Notes: generated by a model from the letters alone, not told the origin. 63,568 nucleotides of DNA from a virus (IMGVR_UViG_3300036832_001810:1-63568); one strand, 5' to 3'; positions 30,805-39,739 are shown, numbered from the stretch's first letter. Numbers and translations: made by a program.

Positions 30805-31113
30805 ATGCCGACCCGTAGGCCGACAAACTCATCCACGCGCAGGAAGCGCAAGCCAGTCAAAAGTGAGCCCCGCTGGAAAGTGCCCACCGACGAGAAGCTC
30901 CGCGTGCCGTTTTTCTGGAAGGTCCAGGAGGTGGCGAAGGCGTTGCGCAAACACCCGACCACGGTAGTACGCCACTTCCGGGGGCGCGCCGGCGTCTTAG
31001 AGCCGCCGCGCGGCGAGTCGCAGAAGAGCATGCTGATCAGTCAGCAGGCGCTCTTCGAATATCTGGTCGAGAGCGGGATCGATCCGGCGGTGGTCGGTGT
31101 CAGCGCCGCTTAG
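30805..31113 (+). CDS. HTH DNA-binding protein
   Basis: GGGAG RBS, ATG 30805; VQEVAKALRKHPTTVVRHF helix-turn-helix. Confidence 0.6.
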   Translation: MPTRRPTNSSTRRKRKPVKSEPRWKVPTDEKLRVPFFWKVQEVAKALRKHPTTVVRHFRGRAGVLEPPRGESQKSMLISQQALFEYLVESGIDPAVVGVSAA

Positions 31114-32027
31114 GCCGGTATTGATCGGGCGTTGCACGCATTGCGGCAGCGACCTGGCGGCCATCATGGATGCGCGCCTGAGCGTGCATACGGCGGTCGA
31201 ATTCCTGCGCGGCAATTCGCACCAGGAGCGCACCATCATGCCCAACCTCACCTACGAGGCGGGCGTGCTCGACGCGCTCGACTGGGTCCTGGGCCTGGAC
31301 GCCGAGGGCCTCTTCCAAAAACATCTCGACAGCCTGGCCAGCGTGCGCGAGCGGATACTGGCGCTGCGCTAAGGAGCGGAGGGAACCATGCAGCCACAAA
31401 ACGCGGGCGAGGTTCGCCCCACGCAGAATGAGATCGAGCGCGCGCATGACGTGTTGGCCCAACTGCTCATTCTGCAGATTTTGCCGGACGACGACCAGAG
31501 CGACCTGACGATGGCGGCCCGCGTCTTGTGCTGGGTGCTCGGCCACGGCGTCGAGTTCGCGGAACTCCTCACCCACTCCGAGGCCATCTTGAATGGCGAG
31601 GGTGTCAGAATCGGGAGCCGCATCAATGCCAACTGATACCTACCTGCGCTGCCCGCGCTGCGGCGACGTGCTGCCGCCGGTCGCGCCTGGCGGCCGCTCG
31701 AAGCATCCCCTGGCGCCCTTGGTCACGAAATGCGCGAAGTGCCTCAACGCGGCCTACATGGCGGCCATGCTGGCGCGCGAGAGCGAGCTGTTCGAAGACC
31801 TGCGTATGGTCAAGGTCGAGCTGGCCCCGGACCTGAGGCGCCGCCAGCACATCGTGCTCCTGGGCGACCGCGAGATCGCCTACTGCGGCATCCGCCCGAT
31901 CCAGGTCCTGCGCAGGCGGCAGCGCATCCTGTTGTCGGCCCTGCCGCCCGATACCTGCGATGCCTGTCAGGACGGCTGGAAGAAAACCGTCGAAGCATTT
32001 CTGAAACGCAAGGAGGGACCCGTATGA
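31097..32027 (+). other. Three small ORFs (31097-31372, 31388-31636, 31626-32027)
   Basis: Co-oriented chain; first two share L.WVLG; third has CxxC pairs. Confidence 0.55.
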
Positions 32028-32161
32028 TCACCCTGAAATTGATCCTGATGATTTTGGCTCTGGTCTGTCTGTTTCTGGCCGCTGTCAGCGCGGTGGTGCC
32101 GCGCATCAATCTGCTTGCTCTCGGCCTGGCCCTGTGGCTGTTGGCCGTCATGATCTCGTAG
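32024..32161 (+). CDS. Small two-helix membrane protein (45 aa)
   Basis: AGGAGG RBS; MITLKLILMILALVCLFLAAV...NLLALGLALWLLAVMIS. Confidence 0.65.
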   Translation: MITLKLILMILALVCLFLAAVSAVVPRINLLALGLALWLLAVMIS

Positions 32162-32170
32162 GGGAGGAGC

Positions 32171-32635
32171 ATGGCGCGCAACACGCTGTACATGGGTGCG
32201 ACCGAGATTACTCCTGTCCGCACCCAGGGGGAGATTATCGCGCTCTTGGTGCGCCACGGCGCGCGCCAGGTGGCCCTCGATTACGATGCGGCCGGCAAGG
32301 CTATTGGCCTGCATTTCATGATGCAGGTACAGAGTATACCCATGGTCTACCGCCTGCCGGTCAGGATGGAGGGCGTCTACAAAAAGATCCACGGGGCGCG
32401 CAAGCAGTGGGTCAGTGGCGGCGAGGCGCGCGACCGGGAGCAGGCCGAGCGCGTCGCCTGGCGGCAGCTTTTGCGCTGGCTCGAAGCCCAGTTCGCCATG
32501 GCCGACCTGGGCATGGTCAAACCTGACGAGGTGCTCTTGCCCTATCTGACCGAGCCCGGTGGCCGGACGATTTACGAGTACTTTGTGGAACAAGGTTATA
32601 AGGCGCTGCCCGCGCCCGGAGGTAACGGACAATGA
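32171..32635 (+). CDS. Conserved phage hypothetical protein
   Basis: GGAGGAG RBS; EQAERVAWRQLLRWLEAQ...EVLLPY motif. Confidence 0.75.
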   Translation: MARNTLYMGATEITPVRTQGEIIALLVRHGARQVALDYDAAGKAIGLHFMMQVQSIPMVYRLPVRMEGVYKKIHGARKQWVSGGEARDREQAERVAWRQLLRWLEAQFAMADLGMVKPDEVLLPYLTEPGGRTIYEYFVEQGYKALPAPGGNGQ

Positions 32636-32865
32636 CGTACCGCGCGGTGTTGGTCGATCCCTGGGTGAAGGCCGGGAGGCCGGTGCAGATCTTCGGCAAC
32701 CACTACGTGGAGATCATGCGCTGGTCGCGCGAGGTGCTCAAGACGGCGGGCGAGGGCGCGGTGGTGAATGTCTACCAGACCATGGAGCAGCACATCGCCA
32801 TCCTTCCTAAGCCCAAGGCCGAGCCCGGTCCCCAACCGGAAGAGATCAAGGAGACGACGATATGA
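32632..32865 (+). CDS. Hypothetical protein
   Basis: ATGA overlaps on both sides. Confidence 0.6.
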   Translation: MTYRAVLVDPWVKAGRPVQIFGNHYVEIMRWSREVLKTAGEGAVVNVYQTMEQHIAILPKPKAEPGPQPEEIKETTI

Positions 32866-33545
32866 CGACGACCGAAATGAGAACCGATGGATCGCCCTTG
32901 CGGGTGGAGCTTGGCCCCTTGCCGCCGCGCATGCGCGACCTGGTGATCTTCAGGGGGTTCCCCACCCCGTGGTTCGTCCAGTGGATCAATGGCGAGCCCG
33001 AGTTCCGCCTGGTGGATTCAAGGAAGTGGGTGCGCGCCGTCAAAGAGAAACTGTGCTGGGTCTGTGGCCAGCGCCTGGGCACGTACCTGGCCTTCACGGT
33101 GGGACCAATGTGCTTGGTCACCGGCACCTCTAGCGAACCGCCCGCGCATTTTGTGTGCGCCACCTGGAGCGCCAAGAACTGTCCCTTCCTGAACCGGCCG
33201 CAGATGGTGCGCCGCGAGAACGACCTGCCCCAGGAGGCTATCGACCCGCCCGGCTTCGGCATCCCGCGCAACCCTGGCGCCACGGCGGTCTACACCGTGC
33301 GCGGCTATCAGATCTTCCATGACGACCACGGCCGGCCGCTAATTCACATGAGCGAGGAGTGGGAGAGCTGCGACTGGTATCGCGAGGGCCGCAAGGCGAC
33401 CATGGCGGAAGTCATGGAGAGCACGCGCACGGGCCTGCCGTTTCTGTTCGAGATGGCCGAGAAGCAAGGGCCGGAAGCGGTCGCCGAATTGGAGAAGCAG
33501 GTCCGGGCCTTCGAGCGGCTGGTGGAGAAAAGTTTTGAGAGGTAA
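32862..33545 (+). CDS. Conserved Cys/His phage protein
   Basis: RGFP.PWFV; LCWVCG..L; EPP.H..CA..S...CPFL. Confidence 0.7.
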   Translation: MTTTEMRTDGSPLRVELGPLPPRMRDLVIFRGFPTPWFVQWINGEPEFRLVDSRKWVRAVKEKLCWVCGQRLGTYLAFTVGPMCLVTGTSSEPPAHFVCATWSAKNCPFLNRPQMVRRENDLPQEAIDPPGFGIPRNPGATAVYTVRGYQIFHDDHGRPLIHMSEEWESCDWYREGRKATMAEVMESTRTGLPFLFEMAEKQGPEAVAELEKQVRAFERLVEKSFER

Positions 33546-33553
33546 GGCCGCCT

Positions 33554-34318
33554 ATGCCTGTGGAATCGGGAATCGGTTATTGCGAATCATCCGGCCGCAA
33601 GGAGGACGCCTACCAGGCGCTGTTGACCTATCATGTCCCGATCACGGCGAATGTCATGCGGCGCTGGCCGTACAGCGGTTTTTGCTACTACCTGATCGAC
33701 TGCAATGCCGGGACTGGGATTATTCCCGACAGCACCAAGCCGGGCTCGCCGTTGGTAGCGCTCGAAGTGTTCCGGCGGCTGGGATTGATGACGGCCAACC
33801 GCCGCCTGATGCCGCCCTTCATCTTGCATTTGATCGAACGTAGCCGCCATAACGCCGGGCTGCTCAAAGAACGGGTGGACGCCTTCCGTCCGCAGATGCC
33901 TCCCGATTGTTTTTGCGCCCTGCATGTGGCCGACAACGCGCACACCGTGCCCATGGTCTGCGCGCAGATGGGTAGCGCCGCTCATGGGTTGCTCTATCAG
34001 GACGCCACTTGCGTGCCCAACTGGATGATGTTGCGCGCCGCCAACCAGGCCTGCCCCCGGCTTGACCACCTGGTGTGGATTAACCCGGTAGGCATCCGCC
34101 GCAGCCGTTGCCATGGTAAGCCGTCGCTGTTGGAGGGTATGCGGCTGAGCGGCAAGCAGCGCTGGCTGGCGCTGGAGCCGGACCTGGAGAGCCGCTTGCG
34201 CAGTAGCTTCCTGTTGGGCACCAATGCCCCGGATAGCACCTTGAAGGAGTGGCGGAAGTATCGATGGTGGGACGTGCGCGGCAGAGAGGGCCGCGCCATC
34301 TTGGAACAACTTAAATAA
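33554..34318 (+). CDS. TcmP-like (three-Cys-motif partner, SAM-methyltransferase-like fold) protein
   Basis: YYLIDCNAGTG...GSPLVAL...LIE..., H.AD.; resemblance by recall. Confidence 0.5.
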   Translation: MPVESGIGYCESSGRKEDAYQALLTYHVPITANVMRRWPYSGFCYYLIDCNAGTGIIPDSTKPGSPLVALEVFRRLGLMTANRRLMPPFILHLIERSRHNAGLLKERVDAFRPQMPPDCFCALHVADNAHTVPMVCAQMGSAAHGLLYQDATCVPNWMMLRAANQACPRLDHLVWINPVGIRRSRCHGKPSLLEGMRLSGKQRWLALEPDLESRLRSSFLLGTNAPDSTLKEWRKYRWWDVRGREGRAILEQLK

Positions 34319-34335
34319 GCGAAAGGAGCAAGCCT

Positions 34336-35313
34336 ATGGTAGCAAATTTGTATCGCATCCCGAAGCCGCAAACCGTGAACGAAAAGAAAACCAAAACCGC
34401 CCTGGAGGTCATGCTGGTCACGCCCGAGTTGCTAGGGAAGTGGAGGTCACCGCCGTTCCAGCGTCCGGTGCGGCAGAACGAAAAGGTGAGGGCGCTGGCG
34501 GAACAGATGAAGCTGGAGGACGGGATCTGGCCGGGTATCATCACGCTCGGCGTGTTGAATGGCGAGACCTATATCATCGACGGCCAGCATCGCAAGGAAT
34601 CCTTCCTGCTTTCCGGCTTGAAGGAAGGCCTGATCAACGCCTGTATCCACTACTTCCAAAGTATGGCCGAGATGGGCGAGGAATTCGTCAAGCTCAACAG
34701 CCAGCTCGCCCGCATGCGGCCCGATGACATTCTGCGCGGCCTGGAAGACTCAATCCCCGGCCTGAAGCGAATCCGCATGACCTGCCCCTTCGTCGGCTAT
34801 GATTTCATTCGCCGCAACACGGCGACGGCCCCCATGGTCGGCATGTCGGTCACCATCCGCGCCTGGTGCGGCAGCACGACCGAGGTTCCGAGCCCGAACC
34901 ACGGCGGCATGTCGGCGGCGGGCATGGCAGAGACCATGGACGACAGTGAGTACGACAGCCTGATCCAGTTCCTGACCATGGCGAACACCGCCTTCGGGCG
35001 CGATCCGCAATACGGGCGTTTGTGGAGCGGCTTGAACCTGATCATTTGCATGTGGATGTACCGCCGCCTGGTGCTCAATCCGCCCTCGTCGCCCAACTCG
35101 CGCTCGCAGCAGCTCACCAAGGACATGTTTAAGAAGTGTCTGATGAGCGTGAGCGCCAGTTCCGATTACGTAGACTGGCTCCTGGGCCGGAACATCGGCG
35201 AGCGCGATAGGGCTCCGGCCTATGCCCGCCTTAAATCTATCTTCGCCAAACGGCTGGCGCAGGAGGTGGGGCATAAAGTCAGTTTGCCGCAGCCTGCCTG
35301 GAGCAGCCGGTAA
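34336..35313 (+). CDS. ParB/Srx-superfamily DGQHR-motif protein
   Basis: FQRP..., YIIDGQHR, F.KLN motifs; AAGGAG RBS. Confidence 0.75.
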   Translation: MVANLYRIPKPQTVNEKKTKTALEVMLVTPELLGKWRSPPFQRPVRQNEKVRALAEQMKLEDGIWPGIITLGVLNGETYIIDGQHRKESFLLSGLKEGLINACIHYFQSMAEMGEEFVKLNSQLARMRPDDILRGLEDSIPGLKRIRMTCPFVGYDFIRRNTATAPMVGMSVTIRAWCGSTTEVPSPNHGGMSAAGMAETMDDSEYDSLIQFLTMANTAFGRDPQYGRLWSGLNLIICMWMYRRLVLNPPSSPNSRSQQLTKDMFKKCLMSVSASSDYVDWLLGRNIGERDRAPAYARLKSIFAKRLAQEVGHKVSLPQPAWSSR

Positions 35314-35404
35314 AGAAATCCGCCGGCCCAGCGTGGGGATATAAGGGGATGTCGCGTCTACGCCGCGCTAGGATGGGCGCTCCCGCCGGCAAAAAAGGGG
35401 CGAG

Positions 35405-35686
35405 ATGAGAATGAAAAATGGTGTGTCCGATGATCTGTTGATCACCGATCTAGTTAAGCGTGCGGTCACCATGGCCGTGCCGGAAGTGATCGCCGCGCTT
35501 GCGCACCAGCAGAAGCCGGCAGCCCGCCTTTTATCAATCGATGAAGCCGCCGCCTACATTGGTGCTTCCAGGCGACAAATGCAAGAAATGCTGCACACCG
35601 GAGAAATTCCGAAAGTTGGTCGTGGTCGCCTGGTGCGCGTAGACCGTCGCGACCTGGAATTCTGGATCGAGCAAAATAAACGTTGA
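35405..35686 (+). CDS. xis: Excisionase-like HTH protein
   Basis: RLLSIDEAAAYIG.S...GEIP...GR.VRV.R.DL..WI; directly upstream of the integrase. Confidence 0.8.
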   Translation: MRMKNGVSDDLLITDLVKRAVTMAVPEVIAALAHQQKPAARLLSIDEAAAYIGASRRQMQEMLHTGEIPKVGRGRLVRVDRRDLEFWIEQNKR

Positions 35687-35712
35687 CGCGCACTGGATTT
35701 TTCAGTTACACT
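35683..35712 (+). promoter_or_regulatory. Candidate sigma70 promoter for the integrase (near-leaderless)
   Basis: TTGACG-N18-TACACT, 10 nt before ATG 35723. Confidence 0.5.
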
Positions 35713-35722
35713 CAACTCCTCC

Positions 35723-36823
35723 ATGACGAAAAAAGAAAAGTATCTGTATCGACGCGGCGAGATGTGGTGGGTGAAGATCCCAAGAGGGCCAGGGCTGCGG
35801 CCCTTGTTTGAGTCCACCGGCATCCGGGCGGATGAGAAGAACCCGGACAAGGTGCCCGAAGCGGCGAAGGAATTTCGCGACAGCAAGCTGGTGCAGAAGC
35901 ATCGCAACGAAATGCGAACGACCGGCAATCAGACGGCGACTTGCGGCGAGCTGCTCGATGACCTCATCGCCAGATGGGAAGCGAACGGCAAAGAGTCCTC
36001 GTGCTACTCGCTGAAGAAAGTGGTTGAAGCGCACCTGCGCCCCTCGTTCGGCTCCATTCGCGTGGCACGTCTGACGACTGCGATGCTGGAGGCGTACCGG
36101 ACGAAGCGAGGGAAGATGGGACGCAGCGGCGGGACCATCAACCGCGAGCTGGCCTACTTCCGTATCGCGCTCAAGGACGGCCAGAAAACCACGCCGCCGA
36201 AGGTCCTGGCAATCCCGCACTTCCCGATGGTCAGCGAGGTGGACAACGTCCGCACGGGGTTTCTGAAGCGCGAGGACTACGAGACGCTGTTGTTTGAGCT
36301 GCCAGCCGAAGTGCAGCCCGCGCTAGTGATCGGCTATCACGTTGGCATGCGCTTCACCGAAATCACCAAGCTGACCTGGAAGCACATTCGGCCAGACCGC
36401 AAATTCATCCAGCTTGGCAACCCGGATGTAAAGAACCGTCAGGGCAGACTGATCCCAATCTATGGCGACATGAAGATTGTGATTGAGGAGCTGTGGCGGC
36501 AACACCAAGAGCAATACCGGGACTGCCCCTGGGTCCTGCATCGCAACGGCGTTCGCATCGCGAGCTTCAAGGGCGCCTGGGAGCAGGCGACGATCCGCGC
36601 GGAAGTCGCCAGCCTTCTCTTCCATGACCTGCGCCGCAGCGCCGCGCGCAACATGCAGCAAGCCGGCATCCCGCGCTCCACCATCATGAAGATCATGGGC
36701 CACAAAACGGAATCGATGTTTATCCGCTATCAGATCGTGGACGAGGAAGACATCGCCGCCGCAGGCGAGAAGATGGAAGCGGCAACGCCGACTGTGGTGT
36801 CCATCAACAGCAAGCGAGCCTGA
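35723..36823 (+). CDS. int: Tyrosine integrase
   Basis: GMRFTEI, K, FHDLRRS, GHKT...RY catalytic motifs; TINREL. Confidence 0.95.
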   Translation: MTKKEKYLYRRGEMWWVKIPRGPGLRPLFESTGIRADEKNPDKVPEAAKEFRDSKLVQKHRNEMRTTGNQTATCGELLDDLIARWEANGKESSCYSLKKVVEAHLRPSFGSIRVARLTTAMLEAYRTKRGKMGRSGGTINRELAYFRIALKDGQKTTPPKVLAIPHFPMVSEVDNVRTGFLKREDYETLLFELPAEVQPALVIGYHVGMRFTEITKLTWKHIRPDRKFIQLGNPDVKNRQGRLIPIYGDMKIVIEELWRQHQEQYRDCPWVLHRNGVRIASFKGAWEQATIRAEVASLLFHDLRRSAARNMQQAGIPRSTIMKIMGHKTESMFIRYQIVDEEDIAAAGEKMEAATPTVVSINSKRA

Positions 36824-36845
36824 ATTATTTTCATCCGTTCAAAGG

Positions 36846-36882
36846 GAGCCAGCGCCGCGAAGGCACTGGCTCTTTTTCTTTT
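36846..36882 (+). terminator. Intrinsic terminator between int and the tRNA
   Basis: GAGCCAG...CTGGCTC hairpin followed by TTTTTCTTTT. Confidence 0.8.
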
Positions 36883-36968
36883 GGTGCGGGCGAGAGGGCT
36901 TGAACCTCCACGGCCTTTCGGCCACCAGATCCTAAGTCTGGCGCGTCTGCCAATTTCGCCACGCCCGC
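36882..36968 (-). tRNA. tRNA-Leu, anticodon TAG, complete with encoded CCA
   Basis: GCGGGCG acceptor stem, TGGCGAAATTGGCAGACGC D arm, CCAGA-CTTAGGA-TCTGG anticodon arm, long variable arm, GTTCAAG T loop, ACCA end. Confidence 0.95.
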
Positions 36969-36983
36969 ATTGTAACCGCCCAC

Positions 36984-37178
36984 TTTGGTTACAAAATTGG
37001 TTACAATCACCGTGTAACTTGTTGATTCTAAAGGTAATTCAACTGGAACCTAAATCCGAAATACCGCAACGCAGCATAGCGCAACACAGCGCAAAATAAG
37101 GGTGTTAGGCGTTTCCGTGAAGACGTAAAAACGCACCTCAGCGCATCATTTGGTTACAAAATTGGTTACAAGGTTACA
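36984..37178. mobile_element. attP-like site: arm repeats, IHF box and tRNA-Leu anticodon-like core
   Basis: Exact 23-bp repeat TTTGGTTACAAAATTGGTTACAA at 36984-37006 and 37149-37171; AATCAACAAGTTA (minus, 37015-37027) fits WATCAANNNNTTR; core GGATTTAGGTTCCAG (minus, 37043-37057). Confidence 0.8.
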
Positions 37179-37232
37179 GGCCGATTTTGGCCTGTTTTTG
37201 GATAAAAAGTCCACCGCGTCTGCCGGTTCTTT

Positions 37233-37499
37233 CTAGCCCCTCGGCGCGAAGTAAACCGACACGGGTCCGGCGGTGTCGCTACTGATCCAGACGTTCTGCG
37301 AGAGCGGCATGCCGGGCAGGTACATGCCCGCCGGCACGACGAAGCTCGTGGCGTTCGCGCCCGCGTTCGACTGGTCGCTGATGTAGAGTTTGCCGGCGCC
37401 GTTCAGGACGTAGACGATGTAGTGCCCGGCGCTGGGCGGCGTGAGCTGCACGGGCGTGTTGACCGCGAGCGTGACCGTGTTGAACATGCCAAGAGCCAT
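37233..37499 (-). CDS. Small beta-rich protein, possibly virion-associated
   Basis: ORF composition only. Confidence 0.55.
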   Translation of the reverse strand: MALGMFNTVTLAVNTPVQLTPPSAGHYIVYVLNGAGKLYISDQSNAGANATSFVVPAGMYLPGMPLSQNVWISSDTAGPVSVYFAPRG

Positions 37500-37511
37500 G
37501 CGAGCAGCATA

Positions 37512-37745
37512 TCACCCGTGGCGCGCGACCGCCGCATTGGTGAAGAAGACGACCGCATCCAGATGCGTGAGCGCGGTCGAGCGCTCACTGCAGGAGGGGC
37601 AGTTGGCGACGATCAGCTTGGCGAGATCGAGCGCGCCGGTGCGGATTTTCTGGTAGCGTTCGACCTGGTCGCCTTGGGGCGCGTGGTAGGTAAAGCGCTC
37701 CTCCAGGCCTTCCATTGTGGTCTTGTCCTGAGCGTCCAGTGGCAT
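37512..37745 (-). CDS. Acb2/Tad1-like helical hairpin protein (candidate nucleotide-signal sponge)
   Basis: RFTYHAP...Q..RY..IR..A..LA..I...CP...ERS.ALT.L......NAAVAR; GGAGG RBS. Confidence 0.65.
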   Translation of the reverse strand: MPLDAQDKTTMEGLEERFTYHAPQGDQVERYQKIRTGALDLAKLIVANCPSCSERSTALTHLDAVVFFTNAAVARHG

Positions 37746-37799
37746 GCCTCCATCCTACTCCCGAACGCGGTATGATCGCGCATGAGGGGAGGGCCTCTA

Positions 37800-38321
37800 A
37801 TGGCAGCTAACAGCACTACCGCGAACGAGGAAATGGCTCTAGCCGCACCGTCCAACGGTCCCGCGCAGCGGGCGATCACGGATTCGAGCGCGCTGGTCGA
37901 TAATGACGGCGTCCTGGGCACGCGCTTCAGTGGCCCGATTCTGAGCGGCGCACCGAACAAGCCGGGTCTCGCCGGCATCGCCATGCTGCACAAGCGCGTC
38001 AAGATCACGGCCTCGCTGGGCGCGTTCAGCGGCATCCCGCTGGTCTTCCCGGCGTCGAGCGTCCTCACTACCCTGGTCGTGCAGTTGCAGCAGACCTTCA
38101 ACGGGACCCTGCCGAAATTCAACCTGGGGACCACCCCCGGCGGCCTCGATGTGGCAACCATCGATCTGAGCGTGGCGCCCACCCAGGTCTTCAATAACCT
38201 GACCACCATCCTGGGGAGTAACTGGACGATCTACGCGAGCCTGGTCAATGGCGCCTCGACTTTGGGCAAGGCCACGATCTTGATCTCCTATTCGGTGCCG
38301 GCGATCACCGTCACTACCTAA
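37800..38321 (+). CDS. Putative virion protein (T.FSGP motif)
   Basis: GGGAGG RBS; TRFSGPI.S motif, recalled as following the capsid gene in related phages. Confidence 0.55.
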   Translation: MAANSTTANEEMALAAPSNGPAQRAITDSSALVDNDGVLGTRFSGPILSGAPNKPGLAGIAMLHKRVKITASLGAFSGIPLVFPASSVLTTLVVQLQQTFNGTLPKFNLGTTPGGLDVATIDLSVAPTQVFNNLTTILGSNWTIYASLVNGASTLGKATILISYSVPAITVTT

Positions 38322-38326
38322 GCTCT

Positions 38327-38929
38327 ATGCCCGAGACCGAAGCGAACGACGCGCCCAAACAGAAGGGGCCGCAATACAACACCCCCTTCCGCTCGCGCAG
38401 AGAGGTGCGTACTTCGAAGCTCACCGTAGATCAGCCGCTGACCTCCCACCAGCGGGGCTTCGCCGCGAGCGTGGCCAGCGGCAAGAGCCAGACGAAGGCT
38501 ATGGACGAGAATTACAAAGTCCACCCCACGCGCTTTCGCGACCGCACCACGCTGCAAGGCTCGGAGACGGCGCGCAAGCCGCACGTCGCGCGCGAGATCC
38601 GCGAGCTGACCTGGCTCTCCTGCCCCAACATGGACGACGTGCGCGGCATGCGCGGCCATGCCCTGCGCGTACTCTTCGATCTCAGCCAGTACGCCATCAG
38701 CGAGGACATCCGCATGCGCTGCGCGCTCTCGCTTCTGCAGATCTCTGAGACCACGCACCTCGCCGCCAACCCCAAGCTCGAAGCCAAGGACCAGGACGCG
38801 GTGCTCGGCCTCCTGCGCGGCTTCTATAACAAGATCCAGGTCGAAGCCAAGGAGCTGCCCGCCGCCAACGAGCTGCTGCTCGAAGAAGAGCCGGCCATCG
38901 ACATCAAGACCGTCGGCGACGAGGAGTAG
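38327..38929 (+). CDS. Hypothetical protein (small terminase not excluded)
   Basis: 200-aa ORF with helical core and acidic end; no diagnostic motif. Confidence 0.55.
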   Translation: MPETEANDAPKQKGPQYNTPFRSRREVRTSKLTVDQPLTSHQRGFAASVASGKSQTKAMDENYKVHPTRFRDRTTLQGSETARKPHVAREIRELTWLSCPNMDDVRGMRGHALRVLFDLSQYAISEDIRMRCALSLLQISETTHLAANPKLEAKDQDAVLGLLRGFYNKIQVEAKELPAANELLLEEEPAIDIKTVGDEE

Positions 38930-38977
38930 CCTGCGCAAAATGCGCGAATTGCAAAGAGTCGGCTAAAATAGGGGTGG

Positions 38978-39172
38978 ATGACCGACTTCGAAAAAGAAGA
39001 ATTCTGGAAAAGCCTTGGGCGCTTATATGATGCCGCCGAGAAGACCCGCGCCGCCGCCGAGCAACTACGCCTGATCTCGGAGTCCCACGAGAAGCGGCTC
39101 GACCGGATCGAAGTCGTACAGCAGTGGCTGGCCGAGAAGGAACGCAACCGCGAGAAGGAAGGCGGCCGATGA
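38978..39172 (+). CDS. Small coiled-coil protein, possibly leaderless
   Basis: TAAAAT 8 nt upstream of ATG; ATGA overlap downstream. Confidence 0.6.
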   Translation: MTDFEKEEFWKSLGRLYDAAEKTRAAAEQLRLISESHEKRLDRIEVVQQWLAEKERNREKEGGR

Positions 39173-39324
39173 CTGACCTTCAGCTCTACCTCGCCGTTGG
39201 CCTGCCCTCTGCTATGGCGCTGGTCGGCATCCTGGTCAACGTCGGCTATTTCGTCGTGCTCAATGGCCGCCTGACGCGGGTCGAGGATAAGCTCGACAGA
39301 TTTCTGGCTGGAGCAAGAAGATGA
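39169..39324 (+). CDS. Small single-TM + coiled-coil protein, paralog A
   Basis: MTDLQLYLAVGLP... Confidence 0.7.
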   Translation: MTDLQLYLAVGLPSAMALVGILVNVGYFVVLNGRLTRVEDKLDRFLAGARR

Positions 39325-39494
39325 GCAACATCCAACTCTGGATCGCCGTCGGGCTGCCGATCATCGCCGTGCTGACCGCACTGGTGATCAGCCTGTTTCA
39401 GATCTCAGGCATTCGCGAAGATATCCGCGAGATTCGCGGCGACATCAAACTTCTGACCGGCAAGGTCTACGAGATGATGGGGCAGAAGCCGTGA
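39321..39494 (+). CDS. Small single-TM + coiled-coil protein, paralog B (57 aa, not in the ORF track)
   Basis: MSNIQLWIAVGLPIIAVLTALVISLFQISGIREDIREIRGDIKLLTGKVYEMMGQKP. Confidence 0.7.
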   Translation: MSNIQLWIAVGLPIIAVLTALVISLFQISGIREDIREIRGDIKLLTGKVYEMMGQKP

Positions 39495-39739
39495 ATATGT
39501 TTATCGTCATTCCCGCTGGCGCGGCTCTCTGGGTCCTGGTAAGCGGTATCGGTGACCTACCAGCCAACGAGCCGTTCTTTTCAAGCGTCGGCAAATTCCT
39601 TTTGCATGAGTTTCCTGGACTGACCGCCCGGCTTACGGGCTTCCTCGCCCTGGTCTGGTTCGGGACTTATGGTCTGTACCTCGTCCTCCACGGACTCGAA
39701 ATTCTCTTCCCTATCCTGGCTGCGCACCACCCGCTTTAG
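39491..39739 (+). CDS. Small membrane protein
   Basis: GTGA overlap; two hydrophobic segments. Confidence 0.55.
   Translation: MNMFIVIPAGAALWVLVSGIGDLPANEPFFSSVGKFLLHEFPGLTARLTGFLALVWFGTYGLYLVLHGLEILFPILAAHHPL

Noticed and set aside
4821-35150. Other CTGATGA/CTGACGA matches (e.g. 4821, 13312, 32523, 35140) as further hammerheads
   Set aside because: They lie in coding sequence and I saw no stem II-GAAA-stem III-UH arrangement after them.
36882-36968. tRNA as a prophage boundary (attL/attR) with host DNA on one side
   Set aside because: Phage genes continue on both sides and no second tRNA fragment repeat was seen at the window ends.
36881-37099. 72-aa ORF on the plus strand
   Set aside because: Antisense shadow of the tRNA-Leu and attP.
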